DNA of 59,202 nucleotides, counting the filler, from Basidiobolus ranarum (Eukaryota), in NCBI GenBank assembly GCA_040143965.1. It is 2 parts of 2 records of this genome, joined end to end, with 100 filler letters (N's around TTAATTAATTAA, not from the genome) between each part and the next. Parts side by side here need not be neighbours in the genome. Positions count along the whole stretch, not along the records: positions 1 to 29,607 come from JASJQH010006979.1; positions 29,708 to 59,202 come from JASJQH010006980.1. One strand, written 5' to 3'. The position numbers were made by a program, and so were the translations under genes. The number at the start of each line of letters is the position of its first letter. Position 1 is the first letter of the stretch. The notes under the pieces were generated by a model. That model saw only the letters and a list, made by a program, of their open reading frames with translations, was not told the origin of the DNA and did not search any database. Below are positions 27,852 to 39,740 of this stretch, piece after piece.

Positions 27852-29414
27852 CTTTACAAACCATATGCATAGACCGTATAGAAAATTTACCACTCCGACC
27901 ACACATTGTAATGATTTTGTGCGTGAACAATAAATCCGAACTCATCACAGTGGAAAGCCACCAAGAATATGCTGTGTAGTATCATTTTATTGAGCTGATG
28001 TCCTAATCGTATATTATTTATACACGTCGGATTTAATTCACTGCATGTCGTTTGTTACTATATAACCATTAAATCACGATATGAAAGACAGCCCTAGTCA
28101 AAGACGAAAACATCATTGAAATTCTAGGTTTAACATCCCGTTAGCTGTGTTAATGACATCAGATCCCTGTTCTCAAATTGACACGAGCCCAGAAAGATTA
28201 TTCAAAATATACAAAATCTTGTTAAGTTAGTATAAGTCGGTCAGCTTGCTAATGCTTGATTAAATCTCTGACTAATCACAAACTCGGCCAAAGGCATCTG
28301 TCAAGAGAACACTACAGATATGAAAAGCCCCGATTTACGAGCTATCGAGAATGTAGTAACTGACTTCTGGCTAAAAGCGTTATTAAACCATTCAATATCT
28401 AAAGCATCAAAGCATTAATAATAGCGACTAAAGCGAGACCTAATACTGTTGCCAGATTGGTCGGAGATAGCTTAATCTGATGCAATCATCGTTCTAAAAT
28501 ATCTGTACAAAAACGCAAATGTTTAGAGAAATCTGCCTTTAGTAATGTTATTATTTAAACTCAACTTTTGATTGGTGTATACATGTTGATCCCATTCCAA
28601 TGCTTGCACTCTATTAAAATCGAATGCAAGGTCCTACTTGGGTAAAGTTATTACGTTTTAATAGATCCAATGAAGCTACTGGCCTTGCATTTTAATTTCA
28701 TTTCTCTTGGAATGTCTGAGTAGCGCTGCTATCTACAACAGACATTCTGTACTACTCATCACTAATCAATTTATTGAAATATGTACTTTGTCGCGATTTT
28801 CAGCCAGAATGATTCGGAGATGTGTTAATATTGACAAACCTGTTACTTGGATAGTGGTTGTATTGTTTGAAAAATTACCAATAACCTAATCATATAAATG
28901 CCAACTTCAATCGATTATAGAGGTGATGTAATCTAGTGTTATATTTAATGAAATCCAAAAAATAGCAACCTGGGGTCTATTAATGACCTGAAAAAGATCA
29001 AACGTTCCCAGGTACTCTCGAATCACCTATGAGACTAGAATATCACTTGCTTATTATCGGAGGCATGATTAAAAACAATCGTATACTTACAAATTAGATG
29101 GAATGGTTAACTTCAAAGAGCTAAATTAGCAATCGATTTCATTTAGCTCGTTGGATATAACGGAAGGCCATTTAGCTGACCAACGAAAGTTATAGATGTA
29201 AGTGCAATGTTAGGAGAGCAAATAACAATGGCTTTACGCTGGAGTATGGTCCCAAAACCCACACCAACAGTTAAAACTCAAATTCTATATAAATATTCCT
29301 GGGCTATTTATACTATTGTATGTGCGCTTTAAGGTATAAAATGCAATAGAGAGAGCAGTTTTAGAGTAGTACTTACACGCATCTAACCGAACAGTCTTGA
29401 AACTTTCCAAAGCC

Positions 29415-29607
29415 ATGAGATCCAACTTAATTGCCCTTTTAGCAGTCATAGCTTTCGCTACATTAGCGTCAGCCCACGGGTCTACCTCTACTAGTATGGT
29501 GACAGTTACAGATGTTGGAACTGACAGCGAGCCGACTGTGACCACAAGTAAGAAGAAGGGGAAAGGAAAACATAAGAGTACCCATTCAGATGAAGATAGC
29601 GAGCCTA
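29415..29607 (+). CDS. 5' part of a secreted Ser/Thr/Lys-rich protein, truncated by the gap
   Basis: TATAAA at ~29335, signal peptide MRSNLIALLAVIAFATLASA, and a repeated DSEP motif running into the Ns. Confidence 0.65.
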
Positions 29608-29707
29608 NNNNNNNNNNNNNNNNNNNNNNNNNNNNNNNNNNNNNNNNNNNNTTAATTAATTAANNNNNNNNNNNNNNNNNNNNNNNNNNNNNNNNNNNNN
29701 NNNNNNN
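29608..29707. other. Artificial 100-bp contig linker (N44-TTAATTAATTAA-N44)
   Basis: Symmetric N runs flank a palindromic 12-mer that gives stop codons in all six frames. Confidence 0.95.
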
Positions 29708-29709
29708 GT

Positions 29710-30972
29710 AAACAGCGTCGTACTTTGGAGCAGCAAGGTCCCAAGAATAATCAGCCCATGTCCAAAGATGTATCCGACAAGAATGGCTCACAATGGGCCT
29801 CTACTGAAATGCAAACTTCTAATTGTTCAGACTCTGAAGTTCCACTGGGTCATTCTAACCTACACATCAGCCCACAATCCCAATCTACAGCTCGTTCTGA
29901 ATATCAAACCGCATCCATGCTATCTCAAAAAGAACCCCAGTCCTTGCCAATATCACCTCACTCAATGAAGAATGGTACCCCTCCTATTCCACCATCTTCA
30001 TCTTCACCCTCTCTGTTTCCACCTATTAGAGACACTCGTTCAGAATCACCTCATATTCGACTGACCTCATCACCACATAATCCTGCTTCACCAAGCCCAG
30101 CTCAGCGACCAAATCCACCTAGCAGTCACGACTTTACACTCCCACCGATTTATGAGCAACATCCTCATCTCCCGCCTATCTCTATGGGCTCGATGCCCTC
30201 TAATATCTCGGATCCAATGAGCTATCAACCAAGCCATGGCTACTCCAACCCTTCAATGAATGGGCCTGTTTCGCAACCGAATCACCAACCTATTCGATAT
30301 TCACCCAACCCGCAGCCATCCTCCACTGAATACTATAACTCAGGCACCCCCAATCAACATCCAGTCCATCAGTCACCCAGTCCACGCACTCTGCCTTCAG
30401 GTGAAGTGCAAGGATCGAGTGGTTCCAACATTACTAAAGAAGATTTGGAAGCGCATCGAATGGAGTTGCAAAGAGAAGTTTCTCATCTAAGCATTCTTTT
30501 GAGTAAAACCACAGCTATGTTGGCTGGTCTTGATCAAGCAGTGACGTCCAAAGAGCCTTCACGTCCGGATATCCGAGCTGGTATACCATCTCGTGAACAG
30601 ACCACTTCAGGTCCACCATCCTATTGGGACGGTAGTAGTAATGGGTATCAACCAATGCAGCAGCCAAATCCGAATTATCGAAATCACTACTATCCGCCAA
30701 ACGGTGGTGCAGGGTATGCTCCGACATATCATAACGTGGATGAGTATTCGAAAAGAGAGAGTTCCAGATATCCTGAAGGTTTGATGCAGTCGCAATATTA
30801 CCCTCCACAATATCAAAATATGCAGCCACCGCAACAGCCGCACTATGATCCTCGTTCTCAACCACCCTACCACTATGGAAACCCACAGCTGCCACCATTA
30901 TATCCGTCACCACCACCACCACCACCCTCCTCAGATGGTGTGAATCAACCGTCTCAAACGATACGATATTAG
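29710..30972 (+). CDS. 3' part of a Pro/Ser/Gln-rich protein with a coiled coil (possibly a transcription regulator); 5' end lost in the gap
   Basis: Frame is open from the gap edge (KQRRTLE...), low complexity, with heptad segment LEAHRMELQREVSHLSILL. Confidence 0.7.
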   Translation, partial: KQRRTLEQQGPKNNQPMSKDVSDKNGSQWASTEMQTSNCSDSEVPLGHSNLHISPQSQSTARSEYQTASMLSQKEPQSLPISPHSMKNGTPPIPPSSSSPSLFPPIRDTRSESPHIRLTSSPHNPASPSPAQRPNPPSSHDFTLPPIYEQHPHLPPISMGSMPSNISDPMSYQPSHGYSNPSMNGPVSQPNHQPIRYSPNPQPSSTEYYNSGTPNQHPVHQSPSPRTLPSGEVQGSSGSNITKEDLEAHRMELQREVSHLSILLSKTTAMLAGLDQAVTSKEPSRPDIRAGIPSREQTTSGPPSYWDGSSNGYQPMQQPNPNYRNHYYPPNGGAGYAPTYHNVDEYSKRESSRYPEGLMQSQYYPPQYQNMQPPQQPHYDPRSQPPYHYGNPQLPPLYPSPPPPPPSSDGVNQPSQTIRY

Positions 30973-31565
30973 ACTTGACGTGTAAATAGAAATACTCATC
31001 GTAATTTTGACCCATTGGTTCGTGAACGGTGTAGGATTTTCAAGGCGCTACTTATCTATTCACCGTTTGATATTCCGCAATTTGAAGTACTTTTTTGAAA
31101 TACTTGACTAGACCAGTAATCAAGCCACTTTTAAGATTATCTAAATGATTTTGTTGTTTTGCAGAAATCTCAGCTAGCCCTTCGCCACCCTATCTTTGCA
31201 TCATTTCAACCCTTTTCTTGTTCATATTTCACGCCCACACCCACGTTCATTCAACGTTTCCTAATTCTCCATTTTAGTTGATAAAAAATTTTAAACATTG
31301 CTTGTGCCACTTTACTTCGTGATTTTTAGCTCTGATTTGTCCTATCATCATTAACCTCAAAAAGCAACTGATCTAATGGAATCATTGGATCTGGTACTGA
31401 TAGTATGTGTATTTAATGTAAGTGAGTTACAATACGGTTATACAATGAAGTCCATTCCAATCGAAGAAACAAGTGGCTATCATAATATTTTCCTTATAAG
31501 AGCCAATCTAACTAAATCTACCCTATCGCTTCTATCACTATTTGCCCACTTTAATATATCGAAAG

Positions 31566-33224
31566 ATGGTTAGACGTTGGAGAAGGTCTGAAGTTTCTGA
31601 GCCACTCCCTATCTACTCAAGAGTTAAACGATGGGTGCCTTTACTTGAATGGTTACCAAAGTATAACTGGAAACTGGACTTTACTTATGATCTGGTGGCC
31701 GGTTTAAGTATGTTTATTATCCTGTACTTGTTTTGTTACAATCAACTCTAACCACTATTGTTGCGTTGTTGTAGCTTACTCGACCGTAGTGATCCCTCAA
31801 AGTATGGCATACGCAATGTTAGCCAGTAAGTTACCATAGATTCCCTCTCCTACTCAAATACAACTTAGTAATATCTCCTTCCTTGTATAGAACTACCACC
31901 GGTGTATGGGCTATATTCCTCCATTATGCCGATATTTCTATACTCTGTGTTTGGAACGAGTAGACATTTAGTTGGTGGAACATTTGCGTTAATAAGTATG
32001 ATGCTAGGAGAAGCGGTGACCAGTATAGTACGAACGAGAGTAGATTCCAATATGGAAGAATACGAGGAAGAGTTTCTTAGAACAACCTTAAGAGTTACCT
32101 TCTTAGTTGGGGTGATACAAATATTATTCAGTTTTATGAATATTGGAAAATATATTACCAAATACCTTTTACCAGATCCGTTAGTTTCGGGATTCACTAA
32201 CGCCGCTGCCATTTACATTGTCACTTCTCAGTTTCAAAATCTATTTGGAATTCAAGTACCAGAGTATAACGGAGTTTTCAGTTTAGTGAAAACTTGGGGA
32301 TACGTTATATCTCGTATACAACATGTGGATATGGCTACTTTTTTGTTGGGTTCAATTTCGATCGTGTCAATATTGTTCCTTAGAGCGTTAGAATCCAAAG
32401 TTCGCGAATGGCTCAATCGATTCCAAAATAACCAGGAGATAGACGATGAGACTCGACCATTTTTAGAGGTGCCTGTAACATCACAAGTGTCCAACACCAA
32501 AAATACTCTCAATGAGAACGGAAGTACCGGGATCAAACTTCCGCTTCCAGATATTCTTTTGGTCATCATTTTCTATACCACCGTTACCTGGCTATTTCGC
32601 TTGGACCAGAAGTTCAACATCTCAGTCATAGGATACATACCTTCCGGGTTTCCATCACCAACGAATCCGGTCCATTTTCAAGATATACCGGATATTTTAA
32701 TCCATTTGAAAGAGTCCTTTCTGTTAGCAATTATCGCTTACGTGATGACCATTTCTATTGGAAAAAATTTCGCCAAGAAAGACGGTTATCAAGTAGATGG
32801 AAACCAAGAGATGTTTGCCTTAGGTATATCCACAGCTATTTCCAGTTTCTTCTCCAGTTACGTTAGTTGTGGCTCGTTAACCAGAACATCTGTGATACAC
32901 ACCAGTGGTGGTAAATCCCAAATTTCTGCATTTATTGGTACTTTAGTGGTGTGTGGGATATTATTATCACTTACTTCACTCTTTTATTATCTTCCCAAGG
33001 CCGTTTTAGCCGGAGTAATTCTTATGGCATGTAAAAGTTTATTTTTACAGTTGAGTGAAGTGACTGCATATTGGAAACATAATAGGACCCAATTCTTCAT
33101 TTGGCTTATTACTTTTATTGCTGCCATAACTGTTAAAGCTGAATTTGGAATAGCAGTGGGAATGGTTGTTTCAATTATAGGATTAATACTGGAGACATTG
33201 TATAAATCTCAAACTCCTCTCTAG
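31566..33224 (+). CDS. SulP/SLC26 anion transporter, apparently without a STAS domain (3 exons)
   Basis: PLLEWLPKY, DLVAGL, PQSMAYAMLA, YGLYSS...FGTSRHL, GFTNAAA, NQEMFALG and GSLTRT. Stops shortly after the last TM segment. Confidence 0.9.
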
Positions 33225-33276
33225 CAAATGAATAAATATTCCCAATGTTTATTACTTTACTTGAATAGAGGCTCTT

Positions 33277-33906
33277 CTAAGGTTCTTCTTTAGATACAAT
33301 GAATACACCTTCCGCTTCAGTTAGAACCTTACCGGTTGAATCAGAGATCGTTCCTTTACAGAACCCTTTTCTATCTTGAATACGATCCACCATTGACTTT
33401 ACAAAGATGAATTGTTCCGGTAGCACTGGTTTCAAATATTTCACATTTAATTGTCCAGTAAACACACCTCGATTTGGCCACTGATTTAAGACGACACGAA
33501 ATAATGCTTCATCAAGAAGGGTGCATAAAAGACCACCATGGATGATTCCTGGATGACCGGTTAATTTTCTACCCAAATGTACAATAGCGACTAATTCCTG
33601 TTTAGATTTATGTTGAAATAGTAATTGAGTTAATGCTAGTTCTCCGGGTTTGTTTAATGTATGCCCAGTTAAATGATTTGCTTCTATATTATCTGGTAAG
33701 AAATCGTATGGTTCCAAGGTAGAATAATTCCGATCATTTCTTAATTCTTGTACGTATTTTAAATTCTCTCTTTCTTGTTGTAAATTTGAAAGGTAATTCG
33801 ATTGTGGTGATAAGACTGCCGATGCTGATACTTGAAGTGTTCGATAGAATATTTGGGTTAAAGGAAATCTCTTTCCATGAAATCTGAAAGGAGTTGATTT
33901 AAACAT
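33277..33906 (-). CDS. Hotdog-fold thioesterase (THEM4-like), probably mitochondrial
   Basis: GHPGIIHGGLLCTLLDE motif, FTGQLNVKYLKPV, and a basic N-terminal presequence. Confidence 0.88.
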   Translation of the reverse strand: MFKSTPFRFHGKRFPLTQIFYRTLQVSASAVLSPQSNYLSNLQQERENLKYVQELRNDRNYSTLEPYDFLPDNIEANHLTGHTLNKPGELALTQLLFQHKSKQELVAIVHLGRKLTGHPGIIHGGLLCTLLDEALFRVVLNQWPNRGVFTGQLNVKYLKPVLPEQFIFVKSMVDRIQDRKGFCKGTISDSTGKVLTEAEGVFIVSKEEP

Positions 33907-34551
33907 GTCTGGTTTTTTTCATAGAAATTTTATCCATTTATATAAGAAATCTGTGAGTGGGATGTTTCGTTTCTATTCTCTTCATCTATTTCCCATCACA
34001 CACTCCTTTGATGAGTTGAGTTCATTTCGTGTGAATATAACCAACTCGAATACTCGCCCCATCCGTTCATTGAATTATGCTATCTTGGTAACTGTTAGGG
34101 TGAGAAATTAGTCAGCGTGATTGATGAGAGCCCTTATCCTTCACATGACATATGTGAAATGTACGAAATATTCCATTGTCTGAATCAAACTGGATTGACA
34201 ACTCTTGTGAATGGACCATTACTGCCATTGCTATCACTACCACTACTGATTGTTCTAATGAATGAAATGAGGGGATCGATTTAATATCATGACTCACAAT
34301 ATAGACACATAAAATACATGCTTCTCTCTTGGGGGTATTCTGAAGTGAAGTGATGAAAAAGATAGGGAAATCATCTAACAAGTTCCATGTGTCCATGCGA
34401 AAAAAAAGTGTAGTAAGATGAAGTGTGGGATTTCGAAATTAGGCAGTACAAAGTGAATGAATATCAAGGATGTACTGATTTCTTCAACTCTTATGAATGA
34501 AAAAATTTCGAAATTTCTCTTGGTAATTGCTTATAAACATCGTGGGTGTCT

Positions 34552-36403
34552 TCAAAAATTTTCTAAAAATCAAGGTAATGTTAAGTTAGCGGTTTGGATA
34601 ATCCATGATGTCTGGTGGTTATGAAGGGTACCTTTGTTGTAATAGAACTTCGTTCCATCCTCTTGTGGTTGATTGAATTTGTTACAATATGTATGCAGCT
34701 GTTTGCCAAGAGGTTTGGGTCCACAAAAGAAAACTCCAACATCTGTAGCTGGATGATGATGGCATAAGCCACTGAAAACCTGGTCGAGATTTGGACGACC
34801 ATAATGAGTAGGTGCGCGTAATCCAGTCAGCGCATCTTGATAGCCTTCTTCATCGTTGATAATAACATTGTTCACCTCATCTTGCTTCAATCTACCAGTC
34901 AAATATGTATGAATCTCGATAAACTGCTCAATATCCTCCTCCTCAATAGCCTTTAACAGATCTTGGAACCACACGAATGCCTGGCAAAAGTAACAGCAAG
35001 ATTAGTGAAGTTCATTAATATGAGCTGCCAAAGAAAAATCTCTCACCTCTTTGTCACGACAAATCCAGAAGAAGTATACTTTACGAAGTCTGGTAGACTT
35101 CATAGGATAATTGACACGATACCAAATAGACTTTAAAATGGAGGCAAATGGTGTGACACCAATTCCAGCACCAACCAACACGGCAACTTCGTAATTGAAA
35201 ACATCTTCACTAGCTGATCCAAAAGGACCATCAATCATCACCTTGGGCAGAATTTTGTTGACCGGTGCTTTGGAGTTGATGGAATTAGGCTCTTTAGAAT
35301 CCACATTACAACCTAGCCTTTTAGCGAGTTCTTTGGTGAAGTTTCCAACCACTCTAATATGAACTGAGAGATAGTCTTCCTCCGGGGCAGAAGTTAAAGT
35401 AAAGGGATGCCATTGATGAAGTGAAACTTCTGGACAGCATAAGAAAATATATTGACCAGCTTGTGAATGGAAATAATCTTTCTTAATTTGAATCTCTACA
35501 ACCTTGGAGGGGTGAAGTACCACTTTAGAGATAAATGTACGATGACGGCCACGCACCTCTCTTAGAATTCTCTCACAAAGATAGATAGTCCCCGAAGCGA
35601 TCCAATACTTCCAGAAAGACCCACCGGTACTACAGTATGGAGGTCTATCAGGCTTAATTAGGCAAAACATTCCATGGATGGAGAATAAGCCAAAGTATAT
35701 GGAGAACAGATGGTGTGAATACCAAAATAGTTCGAAATTTCTTTTGCGTACGCATTTTAACCCAAGTATACAAATGAACATAAGAGCGAGCAGCATTACA
35801 TGACCGGTCCAACCAGGTCCAGAAATGAATGAGTACCATACCCAGCTGTGCGCAGCTTTAGGCCCAGAGGAAGCATAATAGAAGTTGAAGTAATGGGCAA
35901 TAGTATGCACCCAGGTGAAAAACATGATTGACCACCCTGTTACTTTGTGGAAAGAAACATTCTTATCAAAGGGAATGACCTTGTTTAGAGGTGTTGTACG
36001 CAACCACGATATAACGTTACGGCACATAGGGAACAAAATAATCCCAGTGTCGACATGCAAAGCAAGGGCAGCCGCTCTGGCAATAGGAAAGGTGATACCG
36101 AAGGCTGCACGAGAGTTTGAAAAATTATCTCCGTAGTAATAATTGAGGAAGCCCAAGCCATAAATTAATATTTGAACAAATATCCATAAACAAAACCACA
36201 CGTATTTCTGTCCTAAAATAAAGAAATAGGACGTCAGTTTGAGTATTTCTCAGGGTTATGTTGAGAATCAACTTGGAACAGAGTAGAAGTTCAGAAATTT
36301 AAAGGCTATGCTGACCATCATTTATCATCCAAATATGAAACTTTTCTCTCCATGTTGGTCTTGTCTGGATCACCGGCGGATAAGCTTGATATGGGTTTAA
36401 CAT
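34552..36403 (-). CDS. noxB: NADPH oxidase catalytic subunit, NoxB/gp91phox type (4 exons)
   Basis: WMINDG N-terminus, ferric-reductase TM histidines (FHK, HTIAH, FWYSHH), QWHPFTLTS, DGPFG, GAGIGVTPF, FFCGP, spliced YNK|ENF*. NoxB versus NoxA assignment is inferred from the N-terminus. Confidence 0.9.
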
Positions 36404-37249
36404 AATAGTGTACCTGTCTAATGAAGTACAACAAGATACTGAATAGTACGAAAAGGATAGTTCCTATACAAATAGCCTTAAGTACTGTAGTGGCAAGTGA
36501 ATAAGAAAGAAATAAAGTGACCAGTTATTGAACAAATAAAGAAATGAAGGTAGAAAAAGAAGCTATGATTTCTAAATAGGGGAGCCCTAATAAATAATAA
36601 AATGTCGATGTATGCATTTTTTCACCCTGCCCCACCCTCCTATCGGGTTGAAACTAAAATTGGGAGGGAACCTTACTGCATATCCAAATCTGTACATGAT
36701 TTATATTGAAGATAGATTTGTATGGATGGGTATTCACATACGCAAGTGAGCTTCGCGCTCTGGTTTGTATTTCCCGATAATGTCAAATAAAAGCGACATC
36801 CAGGGAAATCACCACTCTGGCGTCCAATAAGCACCACATAATACCAGAAATTTGCGGCAATCCTTCTTGTTGCTGCATTACCTGATATAAATATACATAC
36901 AGTGAATTACTCGATATAAATATACACATACAGTGATATCCTATCAAAGGCATATGTAAGTGTATGTGCATACTTAATTAATTATTGTAGTGTACCCTTA
37001 GTGCTCATTATATGTCGAAAATGATAGTCGACCATTAAAATAACGTTACACAGTGGATGGATGCAAGGGATTCGAGGGAGGCCATTCTTCAATCTAGAGC
37101 TTACTTTTCTATGTACATGCTGTATATGTGTATATGAAAGATGCAACACGCTCTATTCCCAATGCCACTAAGAGAAAACAAGTCAAGCGGGATAAATCTT
37201 GTAATCGGTTCCACACAGTTAATGATATTTAGATTTGCAGACCCTTCAT

Positions 37250-37317
37250 GTCAATACCCAAGTCTAGATTGATGAACAACTAGTCAATGCCCAAGTTTAG
37301 ATTGATGAACAACTAGT
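37250..37317. repeat. Tandem direct repeat, 33-bp period, 2 copies
   Basis: GTCAAT(A/G)CCCAAGT(C/T)TAGATTGATGAACAACTA occurs twice. Confidence 0.85.
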
Positions 37318-37548
37318 TACGGAACAGAAGATGAAGGGCACTCTGATCATATGCTACATAAACACCCAGCGTAGAGGCGGTTTGGTCAAATAGCCAAGAA
37401 TTATAAACTGGAATTGAGTTGACAGGCAGTGTGTGGTATGTGATATGTATGAATATAATTGATCTTAATATTCATCTAAAATTTGCCAAAAAAAATCCAA
37501 GCTGTATTGATTTTTAAGAATTGTTTTCTTCAAAGATACCTTATCGAG

Positions 37549-38266
37549 ATGATTTACACTCTCCTCCAAACTGCACCAACCTTCAAGGCTAAAGGCTCTA
37601 ATGAGCCAGGAAAATCAGTCCTTCGTTTCAAACTTGCTGATGTTGTAGCGGAATTTACCAACGCAGAGGTTTCGTTTGAGAAAGGAACTGTTTATGTAAC
37701 TGACAAGTATGAGACAACCTTCAGAGCAAATTCTACTCAACTATTACTTATCAAAGTTTCCCAGAGATTTATATTTTTATTCCGAAAAAAGTCAATCCGG
37801 TTTCACCACCAATTACTCGAACATTGTATTACAAACAGTATCTCGTCAAGATCGAAACGGTCCTTGCGTTTACATTCAGTTGAGCGAGGACTTCACTAAA
37901 ATGAGTGAGGATACACCCGAAACTTTCTGTGAGATTCGACTTTCTCCTGAGAATCTTGATTTCCGTATGTCCTTTTCTCTTTTCAGCTTAGGACGAATAC
38001 TTCATCGCAACAACAAAACTGACAAGCTCATTTTTTTAGTGGACGATTTGTCCTTGGCTATAGCTGAGTGTGCTCCTCAACCAGAGGAGGTGTATGAAAA
38101 AGATGTCTGGAAACCTGAGGAGATTAATGAAGCGGAGCTCTTGGAAGCAGCGAAGGTATTTATTACGAGCATTCTGGTACTTAGACCATCAAATTAATGA
38201 CTTGAGTTTTAGGCATCAAGAGAGTATTTAGATTCCATCTTGATTCCTGCCGCAAAGAGAAACTAA
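37549..38266 (+). CDS. pICln/Lot5 (Voldacs PH-like domain) family protein (4 exons)
   Basis: GTVYVT...GFTTNYSNIVLQTVSR...PCVYIQL...EIRLSP...LAIAEC resembles the pICln fold pattern. Confidence 0.65.
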
Positions 38267-38653
38267 TAGAGCTCATTTGTCCCTAAATCAATGAATCTTG
38301 TTACGTCAGATGTGTATTTGTGTATATATTGATAGCGTATCATTTTATGAACTCTATAAAAGGATTTGTGGTAAATGGCTTGGGTTCATTAAAAATACTA
38401 TTTAGCCTATATTTGATGGTGAAGTGTCAGGTAGCTAGAAAATGATTTGCTAGGGAAATATCATATTATGTGCTAGTGATTCTATCGGTCAAGGCTCACT
38501 AGGATGGATGACGTGGGCTCGAGTGTTTGCGAGCAAGATTGGCTCTTAGAAATGGCACGCTTGCTAGTGGCGGTGAATGTGTCCAAGAGCTACAAAAGCA
38601 AATGTATATAAGGACTTGGCTAGGGTCAAAGCTTTGAATAACCCTACTTGAAT

Positions 38654-38875
38654 ATGAACACCCGCTCCAAGACCCGCAACTCGATTTCCTCCAATTCTGA
38701 GAAATCTCAAATGACCTCTGATTCTAATGCACCTCGTGCAAGTGGACAACGTCAAGCAAAGAAGCAAGCAGAGCGCCAGGAGGAACTACAACAGAACACT
38801 CCTAGCCAAGTTGCAACCAACGAGGTTTACGATGCCCCTGTTGAGGGAGAGTTTTTGAAGTCGAGTTACCAATAG
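38654..38875 (+). CDS. Small hydrophilic orphan protein (73 aa)
   Basis: TATATAA at ~38605, ATG about 50 nt downstream, AATAAA at ~38897 and ~38906. Confidence 0.5.
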   Translation: MNTRSKTRNSISSNSEKSQMTSDSNAPRASGQRQAKKQAERQEELQQNTPSQVATNEVYDAPVEGEFLKSSYQ

Positions 38876-39246
38876 TCGATAGTATCGCCCTTGTATAATA
38901 AATTGAATAAATCATGGCCTACTGACCTAATTGCTGAGATTTCGATTCTATCATGACATGTTATGCAGCTAGTTTAAAGACCCATGGCATCAGGATCATG
39001 GATGATAACTCTACTTTATTTACCCAATTCAAGTGAAACTGGTAATCAACCAAACTCATTTCGTAGTACAACAGATGGGGGTTAGTTAGACTTACAGGCA
39101 CATGCTACCCCCTCTCAAGTCACCAATCATGAGCTAGCTGCATGTTCACATCACTATTACAACCGCAAAGAAGGACCAAGTATATAAAGACTGTAGTGCT
39201 TAACCACTCTCTTAATCCACAGTATCTCCCCACATTCTCATCCAAC

Positions 39247-39429
39247 ATGGAAGCCCCTAACCAAATTAGTTCTGACTCGCCGGGTAACGCCCAGCAAATA
39301 GAAGTTGTTCCTACTGTTCACGATAGTAATGTAACCTCAGAATCGAGACAGGTCTATGAAACGGAGCATCCTCAAGCAACTGTCACTTGTGTTGTTCATG
39401 ACTCCAACAATGTGGTCCATCACCACTAA
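39247..39429 (+). CDS. Small orphan protein (60 aa) with repeated VHDSN and terminal HHH
   Basis: TATATAAA at 39181, CAACATGG start context, AATAAA at ~39473. Confidence 0.5.
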   Translation: MEAPNQISSDSPGNAQQIEVVPTVHDSNVTSESRQVYETEHPQATVTCVVHDSNNVVHHH

Positions 39430-39740
39430 CTTTTCTACTTTCTATACCCGCTGTTTTTCATTGTCGTATCATAATAAAGTATTGATCGTTACGTATCTCC
39501 TCATATTGTGGCTTATCGTATTGTCAAGTTGCATATACATCTGATGCTTGGTGAGAAATGAGAACGGTTATATTGATGTAGTAAAATAGTCAATATTAGA
39601 ATTTTTACATCTCCTAATATAATCGGTAACGTCACGAGACTTTGGCTGTCGAGAAAATCAGATAACTCTCTTCGAATGTTAGTCAGCCTTTATTGTAAGC
39701 CTAAAATATTCCTCTGGTTTAACCTCCAAGTAAACAAAAC

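Noticed and set aside
29118-29150. GAGCTAAAT...ATTTAGCTC inverted repeat
   Set aside because: A single 9-bp stem with no other support; plausible by chance in AT-rich DNA.
29652-29663. Palindrome TTAATTAATTAA as a biological site
   Set aside because: Embedded symmetrically in N runs; an assembly linker.
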